A DNA stretch of 64,000 nucleotides, taken from the NCBI GenBank assembly GCA_965195345.1, contig OZ239628.1, positions 1,216,001 to 1,280,000 of the forward strand. The letters run 5' to 3'. The stretch's first letter is position 1; each line of letters begins with the position of its first letter. Under the pieces are notes generated by a model. The model saw nothing but the letters and a program-made list of their open reading frames with translations. It did not search any database and was not told the DNA's origin. Positions 17,257 to 25,175 of this stretch are shown here, piece by piece. This DNA is from an uncultured Thiomicrospira sp. GTDB lineage: Bacteria > Pseudomonadota > Gammaproteobacteria > CAKMZV01. The position numbers and the translations under genes are program-made.

Positions 17257-20200
17257 CTAATACAAATATACTGCACCAGTGTTAGAAACACTATCATTGG
17301 TTTGATCTCCGTCAATACCCACTGCATTGCTATCTTCCAATTCAGCACCAACGGCTAGTGTATTACCATCTCCGCTGACTGATACTGCTGCGCCAAATAT
17401 ATCATTCGCATCAGTATTAGAGGCTTTGACGTAGGCTTGTTGCGACCATGTGCCCGTGGCACTGCGTACAAAAACATAGACAGCACCAGCATCAAGAGCA
17501 CTATTATTGGTTTGATCTCCGTTAATGCTCACCGCATTGCTATCTTCGGACTGAGCACCAACAACTAATGTATTACCATCTCCACTGACTGATACTGCTT
17601 CGCCAAAGCCATCACCCGCACCGGTATTAGAGGCTTTGACGTAGGCTTGTTGCGACCATGTTCCCGTGGCACTGCGCACAAAAACATAAACAGCACCAGC
17701 GTTACGAGCATTATTATTACTTTGCTCTGCATTGATGCCCACTGCATTACTATCCTCGGATTGAGCACCAACAACTAATGTATGACCATCTCCACTGACT
17801 GAGATGACCTCGCCAAATAGATCACCCGCGCCAGTGTTAGAGGCTTTGATATAGGCTTGTTGCGACCATGTGCCCGTGGCACTGCGCACAAAAACATAAA
17901 CAGCACCAGCGTCAAAAGCACTATTATTAGTTTGATCTCCGTTGGTGCCCACTGCACTGCTATCTTCCAATGGAGCACCAACGACTAATGTATTACCATC
18001 TCCACTGACTGATACTGCCTCGCCAAATGTATCATCTGCATCAGTATTAGAGGCTTTGACGTAGGCTTGTTGGCTCCATGTACCAGTACTACTGCGCACA
18101 AAAACATAAGCAGCACCAGAGTTAGAAGTACTATTATTGGTTTGATCTCCGTTAATGCCCACTGCACTGCTATCTTCGGGTTGAGCACCAACGACTAATG
18201 TATTACCATCTCCACTGACTGATACTGCTTCGCCAAATGCATCATTCGTATCAGTATTAGAGGCTTTGATGTAGGCTTGTTGCGACCATGTGCCCGTGCC
18301 ACTGCGCACAAAAACATAAACAGCACCAGAGTTACGAGCATTATTATTGCTTTGCTCTCCGTTGATGCCCACTGCATTGCTATCTTCATTTTGAGCACCA
18401 ACGACTAATGTATTACCATTTCCACTGACTGATACTGCTGAACCAAATACATCAACCACACCAGTATTAGAGGCTTTGATGTAGGCTTGCTGCGACCATG
18501 TGCCCGTCGCACTGCGCACAAAAACATAAACAGCACCAGCAGCAATAGCATTATTATTAGTTTGATCTCCGTTGATGCCCACCGCATTGCTATCCTCCAA
18601 TAGAGCACTAACGACTAATGTGTTGCCATCACTACTAATCGATACGGAGTCACCGAATATGTCACTCGAATCTGGGTTGGAAGCTTTGAAATAACCAATC
18701 AATCTGTTTAGTTGAGTGTTACTCAATGTTCGTTGGGGTGCAGCATTAGAGCAGAGTGAATTATCCGTGCTGGTACAAAGTTGCAACAAATACTGTGGTC
18801 CATTAACACTAGAAAGGTAATTCACTACATTTACCGCTGCAGTTGTGGTTATATTGGTGATGTTTGTGCTATTTAGTGTAAATGTCAAACCGGCTGTACT
18901 GGCGTCAACAAAGCCTCCTCCAGCGTTCAAATCCAAATTGGTGAGTAGGCGGTAATGATTTGCTTGAGGCACTGCATTCCAAGAAAATGACATCTGTTTA
19001 AGACCTAATGTTATATTGAGAAGATTTGCAGAAATGCTGACTGTAGCCACTGCAGAAGCGCTTAGCCCTCCCTCATCAGTAACTGTAACCACTAAAGTAG
19101 TAGAGCCAAGAGTACTAGCTGCTGCAAACAAGATGACATTGCCTTGTATGCTTATTTGTAATATCGAAGTGCTTTGCTGTACTGAATAGGTCAGTGATGT
19201 TGAATCTATATCGACACCGAAGGCCGTAAGTGCTCCCGAAGTGTTAGGATCTAAAATAAAGTTTGTATTAGATAGACTTAGTGTTGGGGTGTCATTGATG
19301 GCGTTGATAATAACGACCACTTCGGTAGTGGCAGATAGGTTATCACTATCGGTAACATTGACGGTGAGCGTGCTTATTCCGTTGGCGTTGGCAATGGACG
19401 TAAGGGTGATTTGATTAGTGGTAACATCGACGGTTAAAAGAGTGGTATCTTGTCCTGATATAGTGACTAATAATGCCCCCTCTTCTACATCGGTAGCCGG
19501 CGTGTTAAAGGAAAAGGTTACAAAATCTTCATTGAGTGTAAGATTAGTCGTTGATAGTGTTAATGTTGGTGTATCGTTGATGGCGTTGATAGTAACGACC
19601 ACTTCGGTAGAGGCAGATAGGTTATCACTATCGGTAACATTGACGGTGAGCGTGCTTATTCCGTTGGCGTTGGCAATGGACGTAAGGGTAATTTGATTAG
19701 TAGTAATATCGACGGTTAAAAGAGCGGTATCTTGCCCTGATACAGTGACTAATAATGTTCCATCTTCTACATCGGTAGCCGACGTGTTGATGGTAAAGGT
19801 TGAAAAGTCTTCATTGAGTGTAATATTAGTCGTTGATAGTGCTAATGTCGGCGTATCGTTGATAGCATTGATAGTAACGACCACTTCGGTAGAGGCAGAC
19901 AGGTTATCACTATCGGTAACATTGACGGTGAGCGTGCTTATTCCGTTAGCGTTAGCAATGGATGTGAGGGTGATTTGATTAGTAGTAACATCGACGGTTA
20001 AAAGAGTGGCATCTTGCCCTGATACTGTGGCTAATAATACCCCATCTTCTACATCGGTAGCCGACGTGTTGAAGGAAAAGGTTGAAAAGTCTTCATTGAG
20101 TGTTAGGTTAGTCGTTGATAGTGTCAATACTGGCGTATCATTGATGGGATTGATAGTGACTACCACTTCGGTAGTGGCAGATAGGTTATCACTGTCGGTA

Positions 20201-20538
20201 ACATTGACGGTGAGCGTGCTTATTCCATTGGCGTTAGCAATGGATGTGAGGGTGATTTGATTAGTGGTAACATCGACGGTTAAAAGAGCGGCATCTTGCC
20301 CTGAGATAGTGACTAATAGTACCCCATCTTCTATATCGGTAGCCGTAGTATTAAAGGAAAAGGTTGAAAAGTCTTCATCGAGTGTTACACTATTGGTAGG
20401 TAGACTTAAGCTGAGTGATGGATTATTATTGGACGCGGGAGGGGCTGTTTCACCACCACCACCACTACAAGCAGATAAAAAAACAAGCATCAATGCAAAA
20501 AACCAATACTTCATACGATATATATTTTGCACTAACAT
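17257..20538 (-). CDS. Surface lipoprotein adhesin, copy 2: cadherin/Ig-like repeats plus 7 FG-GAP repeats
   Basis: Lipobox LSAC followed by SGGGG; four 94-aa repeats plus one divergent unit; seven FG-GAP blades; paralog of copy 1. Confidence 0.9.
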   Translation of the reverse strand: MLVQNIYRMKYWFFALMLVFLSACSGGGGETAPPASNNNPSLSLSLPTNSVTLDEDFSTFSFNTTATDIEDGVLLVTISGQDAALLTVDVTTNQITLTSIANANGISTLTVNVTDSDNLSATTEVVVTINPINDTPVLTLSTTNLTLNEDFSTFSFNTSATDVEDGVLLATVSGQDATLLTVDVTTNQITLTSIANANGISTLTVNVTDSDNLSASTEVVVTINAINDTPTLALSTTNITLNEDFSTFTINTSATDVEDGTLLVTVSGQDTALLTVDITTNQITLTSIANANGISTLTVNVTDSDNLSASTEVVVTINAINDTPTLTLSTTNLTLNEDFVTFSFNTPATDVEEGALLVTISGQDTTLLTVDVTTNQITLTSIANANGISTLTVNVTDSDNLSATTEVVVIINAINDTPTLSLSNTNFILDPNTSGALTAFGVDIDSTSLTYSVQQSTSILQISIQGNVILFAAASTLGSTTLVVTVTDEGGLSASAVATVSISANLLNITLGLKQMSFSWNAVPQANHYRLLTNLDLNAGGGFVDASTAGLTFTLNSTNITNITTTAAVNVVNYLSSVNGPQYLLQLCTSTDNSLCSNAAPQRTLSNTQLNRLIGYFKASNPDSSDIFGDSVSISSDGNTLVVSALLEDSNAVGINGDQTNNNAIAAGAVYVFVRSATGTWSQQAYIKASNTGVVDVFGSAVSVSGNGNTLVVGAQNEDSNAVGINGEQSNNNARNSGAVYVFVRSGTGTWSQQAYIKASNTDTNDAFGEAVSVSGDGNTLVVGAQPEDSSAVGINGDQTNNSTSNSGAAYVFVRSSTGTWSQQAYVKASNTDADDTFGEAVSVSGDGNTLVVGAPLEDSSAVGTNGDQTNNSAFDAGAVYVFVRSATGTWSQQAYIKASNTGAGDLFGEVISVSGDGHTLVVGAQSEDSNAVGINAEQSNNNARNAGAVYVFVRSATGTWSQQAYVKASNTGAGDGFGEAVSVSGDGNTLVVGAQSEDSNAVSINGDQTNNSALDAGAVYVFVRSATGTWSQQAYVKASNTDANDIFGAAVSVSGDGNTLAVGAELEDSNAVGIDGDQTNDSVSNTGAVYLY

Positions 20539-20650
20539 TTTTTCAACCTTGCATAATCATTATTTAATTGGCAAATTTGAGTCTAAAAATTAAGCATCAT
20601 GTATCAAAAGACTTTTCTAATGCATCCTGCATAGATGCAATAAATAACCT

Positions 20651-20669
20651 AAGGTACTTATTGTACCTT
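20651..20669. promoter_or_regulatory. Candidate operator AAGGTAC-N5-GTACCTT upstream of adhesin copy 2
   Basis: Perfect 7-bp inverted repeat about 113 bp upstream of the ATG. Confidence 0.45.
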
Positions 20670-20927
20670 TGTAATAAAAAAAGGGCTTTACATCTGGCAT
20701 AGTATTCTTATTAAGATAATCGACAGCTCCATATTTCAGAGAAATCTTATTCATTTCAGAGTAATTTATATCTATAGTAGGAAAACAATTCTCCTTAAAT
20801 AGATTGATTTTTACAAAAAAATGATTATTTTTCTTCTATGGCTTAATAAAACCCGTTATATTCAAAATCACTTTAGATATGTTATTTCGACCAATCAATG
20901 GTTGTTAACAAAATCATTGCAAACATC

Positions 20928-21610
20928 ATAACACAAATATGCAGCACAAGCGTTAGAAGTACTTTTGTTGGTTTGACCTCCGTTAATACCCACCGCATTG
21001 CCATTTCCCACTCGAGCACCGACGACTAATGTGTTGCCATCACTACTAATACATACAGCACCAGCAAACTGATCGCCCAAATCTGTGTTGGATGTCTTGA
21101 AATAACCAATCAATCCATTTAGCTGAGTGTTACTCAGTGTTCGTTGGGGTGCAGCATCAGAGCAGAGTGAATTATCGTGCTAGTGCAAAGTTGTAACAAA
21201 TACTATCGTCCATTAACGGTAGAAAGGTAATTCACTACATTTAGCGCTGTAGCTGTGGTTGTATTGTGATGTTTGTGCTATTGGTGTAAATGTTAAACCG
21301 GCTGTACTGGCATCAACAAAGCCTCCTCCAGCGTTCAAATCCAAGTTGGAGGCGGTAATGATCTGCTTGAGGCACTGCATTCCAAGAAAATGATATCTGT
21401 TTAAGACCTAATGTTATATTGAGAAGATTTGAAACTCTGACTGTAGCCGTTGCAGAAGCGCTTAGCCCCCTCCCTCATCAGTGACTATAACCACTTAAAG
21501 TAGTACTAGCTGTCGCAAACAAGATGACCTTGCCTTGTATGCTTATTTGTAATATCGAAGTGCTTTGCTGTACTGATGGTGAGTGTCTTATTCCGTTGGC
21601 GTTAGCAATT
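20928..21610 (-). pseudogene. Adhesin copy 3: truncated, frameshifted, repeat array collapsed
   Basis: Aligns to the middle of copies 1 and 2 with small indels; one hybrid FG-GAP blade left (FKTSNTDLGDQFAG...STSNACAAYLCY); no 5' end. Confidence 0.9.
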
Positions 21611-21707
21611 TTGATTTATCATCACTAATTGAGACTATTGGTTTTGGTGAATTTCAACACCCTGCAACAAAGAAAATTAACATTGGTTTTTTTGTAATGT
21701 ACTTCAA
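21611..21707 (-). pseudogene. 5' fragment of an unrelated lipoprotein gene
   Basis: GGAGG RBS at 21713-21717; TTG start gives MKYITKKPMLIFFVAGC*NSPKPIVSISDDKSK (lipobox-like VAGC then TGA). Confidence 0.4.
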
Positions 21708-21730
21708 TATATCCTCCATTTACGAGTAAG

Positions 21731-21799
21731 CCTTAATCCCTTGTTCACGGAAAACGCGAGTGGTAGCAAGTGGTTTTTCTGATGCGCAACTTGTCATAC
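21731..21799 (-). mobile_element. Degenerate attC-like site
   Basis: Minus strand: GTATGAC (R'' overlapping the stop), AAG, imperfect stem TTG..CATCAGAAAA / TTTTCCGTG..CAA with a bulged base, decayed R' ATTAAGG. Confidence 0.55.
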
Positions 21800-22408
21800 A
21801 TTACCGACACACAACAATGCAGAGGGTTCAAGTTCTGGTGGAAGTTTTAAAATATTTTTAACATCTTCATTATCAAATCCTCCAACCAATACCATGCCTA
21901 TATTTAAAGCTGTTCCTTGCAGTTGTATATTTTGGGCTACAGCACCTACCTCAATATAAGTGTATCTTTCACCGCGCTTATTTAAAGGAGGCTGCTCAGA
22001 AAAATGTTGATTCATCGATTGTATGTTGCCAGCAAGAATAATTACTGCTGCCGCATTAGAAACCCAAGGTTGCTCACCTATAGCTGATATTTCAAGAGAC
22101 TTAGAAAAATCCCCCTCTTCTATTTTCTCTATAGAATGCTCTGCACTTTTGTATAGATATAAACCCGCATCAATACCAGTGACTTTTCTCACAGCAACAT
22201 ACGTAGACAATGGGTATTGTTCTTGAGCAGATGGAGCAAGCAATTTACCGCCATTGCCTCTCATGCCTTGTGCAGAAAACAATAATTTAGAAAGTTTAGT
22301 TAGAGAAAGCTCATTATCCAAGTATTCCCTTTTAGTTGCCCTTTGACTTAATGCCGACTCTAGAGTGAAAGAATTTACAGGGTTTCCTTGAGGTAACTTA
22401 ATGACCAT
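21794..22408 (-). CDS. SagB/ThcOx-like nitroreductase-family protein
   Basis: IKLP...LESALSQRAT.REY, APSA...YPL, EVGAVAQNIQL, VGGFD. Start moved to the ATG at 22408 because the longer ORF begins inside the attC-like site. Confidence 0.85.
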   Translation of the reverse strand: MVIKLPQGNPVNSFTLESALSQRATKREYLDNELSLTKLSKLLFSAQGMRGNGGKLLAPSAQEQYPLSTYVAVRKVTGIDAGLYLYKSAEHSIEKIEEGDFSKSLEISAIGEQPWVSNAAAVIILAGNIQSMNQHFSEQPPLNKRGERYTYIEVGAVAQNIQLQGTALNIGMVLVGGFDNEDVKNILKLPPELEPSALLCVGNV

Positions 22409-22423
22409 AGCTTTTCTGTTTTT

Positions 22424-22488
22424 GTATAACGCCTCAATCAGTTGCATTACAAGCGTAATGCCTGCATTTTGTGTGTATTTGCTTAGGT
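22424..22488 (-). mobile_element. Degenerate attC-like site
   Basis: Minus strand: ACCTAA(G)CAAAT at the GNAT stop, central hairpin GCATTAC-GCTT-GTAATGC, ending TGAGGC-GTTATAC (R'). Confidence 0.55.
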
Positions 22489-22965
22489 TTTAGCAAAATC
22501 TATTAAAGACTGCCCTTGCAAACGATAACCAATCCATTCATTTTGAGATTTTGCGCCGATTGACTCATAGAACTTTATGGCTGGTTCATTCCAATCTAAG
22601 ACACTCCACTCGAACCTTCCACAATTATACTCTATGGCCATAATAGCTAAGTATTTGAGAATCTTTTTCCCTGCCCCATAGCCACGGAATCTAGGACTAA
22701 TATATAAATCTTCAAGATATAACCCGTTCTTTCCAAACCATGTTGAAAAATTCAGAAAATACACGGCGAATCCAATTGGTTTGTTGTCTAAAAGACAAAT
22801 TACGGCTTCCGTGGTCGTGTTTTTATCAAACAAATTCTTTTCTATATCTTCAACTGTAGCTGTCACTTTATCTTGAGCTTTCTCGTATGCTGCGAGCTCG
22901 TTTACAAAATTCAGGATAAGATTGGAATCATTGATATTGGCTTTTCTAATTTCTACTTCTAACAC
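22483..22965 (-). CDS. GNAT acetyltransferase (diamine N-acetyltransferase-like)
   Basis: ELAAYEK, FSTW.GK.GLYLEDLY, RGYGAGK, EWSVLDWNEPAIKFYESIGA. Confidence 0.92.
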   Translation of the reverse strand: MLEVEIRKANINDSNLILNFVNELAAYEKAQDKVTATVEDIEKNLFDKNTTTEAVICLLDNKPIGFAVYFLNFSTWFGKNGLYLEDLYISPRFRGYGAGKKILKYLAIMAIEYNCGRFEWSVLDWNEPAIKFYESIGAKSQNEWIGYRLQGQSLIDFAKT

Positions 22966-23035
22966 TTACGTCTCCGATGTTTTGCATGAGTATATAAAGC
23001 CAAGTTAAGTGATGAAGACGCCGAGGGAAAAATGT

Positions 23036-23104
23036 GATTAACATTTTGACCGCAGGTGCTTCGTCCAAGCACATGCAATGTGCGACTTCAACTTCATGTT
23101 GTAT
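23036..23104 (-). mobile_element. Degenerate attC-like site overlapping the transglycosylase 3' end
   Basis: Minus strand: ATACAAC-ATGAAGTTGAAGTC-GCACAT/TGC/ATGTGC hairpin-TTGGAC...AAAT-GTTAATC. Confidence 0.5.
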
Positions 23105-23739
23105 GCCTGCTTGAATAACGTTGGATTCAGCTTTGCGTGTGCCTTTGTATTAGGAGAAATAGCTACCAGATAGGAAACTCGCATCTCCAATTTCTGATAC
23201 CAGATGGTATTTGGATGCATTGGCCGAGGATATTTTAAATGGGACACTATCCATAATGCACGCTTGAAGTTTGTGGGTTGATATCTGAAGCTAAAGACTC
23301 CTTTGAATCCAGCGCCGTAATGAGCTGAATCAAGATAAGCGGCAGCAACTTGTTCTTTGTCTCGAAAAAAGCAAAGGTTTATCGCGGTCATTTGTTCCTG
23401 TATCTTCCTGCGAAAAGTACGTTCTCGTTTGCCGGTTACTGTCCTCACGAACTGTTGCTCGATTGTACTAGCACCTTGAATCTGACGTTTCGATGCGAAG
23501 ATGAAAAGCGCACGAAGGATACCAATTGGGTCTACTCCAAAATGAATACTGTTTCGATGGTCTTCAGCAAGTACAAGAGCTCGGATCAATTCACGCGAGG
23601 GCGTAAAAGTAAGTTGATCTACTCGCATTAAGCATTTTTTCAAGTCGAGTTGGACTCTGCGACTAAAATGAAAAGAGAACCAAGCGAGTACAAGGAGAGG
23701 ACACGACAGTAGAAAAATTAGAATTCGTTGCGCTGCCAT
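23038..23739 (-). CDS. Stand-alone GT51 peptidoglycan transglycosylase-domain protein
   Basis: N-terminal TM; motif 1 EDHRNSIHFGVD, motif 2 GASTIEQQ, motif 3 RKIQE, motif 4 KEQVAAAYL....G. Confidence 0.8.
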   Translation of the reverse strand: MAAQRILIFLLSCPLLVLAWFSFHFSRRVQLDLKKCLMRVDQLTFTPSRELIRALVLAEDHRNSIHFGVDPIGILRALFIFASKRQIQGASTIEQQFVRTVTGKRERTFRRKIQEQMTAINLCFFRDKEQVAAAYLDSAHYGAGFKGVFSFRYQPTNFKRALWIVSHLKYPRPMHPNTIWYQKLEMRVSYLVAISPNTKAHAKLNPTLFKQAYNMKLKSHIACAWTKHLRSKC

Positions 23740-24215
23740 TTAACATGTCCTTTTTGCCCCCCTACCATAGAGGAAAATTCACCTATCAATTGCACGGACT
23801 TGACTACAGTCAGTTCAAAGTAGCTCGTCGACTCTCTTCCATGACCATACTCTACGATATGCATAAATATTCGATCTTTTCCAAGGTAATTCTTTTCCAT
23901 ATACCCTTCAATCTTTCCTCGAGTTCGATTCTTACCAACGTATTCTCTCTCTCCCGTTGAAGAATCTTCGTAGATCTTTTCAATTGTACCTCTAATTTTG
24001 CTCCCCTCTCGCCACAAAATTACGATGTATCTAAGAATCATCCCTTCAAAGGGTTTATGCTTAGATTCTGTCGTAGTGATTTGGTAGTACCACTGTCCAG
24101 TTATCTCAGGGAGTGGGAAAAATTTTTCTCGAGACAAGAAGAACAGAAGCGCTAATATAGCGCCTCCTGCAATTGTGTTCAATATGTCAGATATGAATGA
24201 GCAGAAAAACATCAT
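23718..24215 (-). CDS. Hypothetical membrane protein with N-terminal TM and beta-strand-rich domain
   Basis: TM helix, then PEITGQW and alternating beta-strand patterns ending in GHVKWQR; overlaps the start of the transglycosylase gene. Confidence 0.7.
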   Translation of the reverse strand: MMFFCSFISDILNTIAGGAILALLFFLSREKFFPLPEITGQWYYQITTTESKHKPFEGMILRYIVILWREGSKIRGTIEKIYEDSSTGEREYVGKNRTRGKIEGYMEKNYLGKDRIFMHIVEYGHGRESTSYFELTVVKSVQLIGEFSSMVGGQKGHVKWQRNEF

Positions 24216-24240
24216 ATCGTACCTGTTCTTGTAAAGACAT

Positions 24241-24303
24241 ATACAATTGTGTATTGAAGTAACTTTGGAGCGAAATGGAATAAGCTTGATCTATTTGTCA
24301 TGC
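24241..24303 (-). mobile_element. Degenerate attC-like site
   Basis: Minus strand: GCATGAC-AAATAGATCAAG at the stop codon ... TTCGCTCC ... ATTGTAT. Confidence 0.45.
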
Positions 24304-24720
24304 GATTTCTTCACGATTAATAGTTAATTCAGCTTTGTAAATGCCACGTTTTTTCCAATCTCTTAAAAAACCTGATCGTAAATTCACCTCTAAATTTGAG
24401 GATGAGTTAAATTTAAGAGCAGTCCATTTTTTAAGGTCATGCGTACCATTTGAATAGTATATTTTGATATATGCTTTTTTATTAGCGATAAGTGCTTGCT
24501 TAAAACCATATTTCGTACTATTTATATAACAAATTTCTAAATTAGTTGAAGGCTTAATAGTTGAAACGCTATTTTTAGCAATACTACTTATTGCCACAGG
24601 ATTTGATGATTCGTATGCATTTAAAATGGTTTCTATTACATTTGACAGTGTATCAAAGCCTGATGCATGCACTTTAAGCCTCCTGTATAAATCATCTGTA
24701 ATACTAATTGATTGACTCAT
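24298..24720 (-). CDS. Hypothetical protein with ribbon-helix-helix / SeqA-N-like N-terminus
   Basis: SISITDDLYRRLKVHASGFDTLSNVIETIL pattern; AAGGA RBS upstream. Confidence 0.65.
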   Translation of the reverse strand: MSQSISITDDLYRRLKVHASGFDTLSNVIETILNAYESSNPVAISSIAKNSVSTIKPSTNLEICYINSTKYGFKQALIANKKAYIKIYYSNGTHDLKKWTALKFNSSSNLEVNLRSGFLRDWKKRGIYKAELTINREEIA

Positions 24721-25175
24721 AATATCCTTATTTAATTGGAATTTTGAAACATTGTAGCATAGTTGCTAAACTAATAAAAATGCCACTTTTGCACAACAAT
24801 TATTCATGTGCTTATTTGTATAATAAGTATGTTATTTAAGATAAAGCCATCTTTATTCTCACAAAGCTATAGTCAGTATCTTTGTAGTTAACGGGTTGCG
24901 AGTTGTTAGTGAAGTTTTAATTTAATCTAAAGGTTTTCAGCTGCGACCGTTTAAACATCATTAGAGAAGAATCTTCAGTAAACGTAGGAGCTTCGGGCAT
25001 GTCAAGTTGCTGCAAGCGATGGCTCTGCCATCCCCTGCAATAATTTGAGATTTTCAAAGGGCATCATGGTGTATCTACTGCACCATGATAACCTTTGATT
25101 GTTTGTCACATCACATTACCCAATGCATCTGGCTTTGCATTGGAAAAGAGTCCCTTTAGCGCAATGCTTTAGGAC

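Noticed and set aside
13300-20538. CRISPR array suggested by regular repeats
   Set aside because: Units are 210 and 282 bp, in-frame coding repeats; there are no unique spacers or cas genes.
13608-20593. Series of 67-197 aa ORFs in alternative and antisense frames
   Set aside because: They recur with the 210/282-bp period and are shadows of the adhesin repeats.
13300-21610. Diversity-generating retroelement, with copy 3 as template repeat
   Set aside because: No reverse transcriptase in the window; differences are not adenine-specific and include indels.
23718-24215. Complete CBASS or Pycsar system
   Set aside because: No CD-NTase or other cyclase in the window; only a weak effector-like resemblance.
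24950-25090. Minus-strand peptide YCRGWQSH, reminiscent of a group II intron maturase, plus hairpin ATCATGGTG-N9-CACCATGAT
   Set aside because: The match is too short and there are no RT motifs; the hairpin could simply be a terminator downstream of nhaA.
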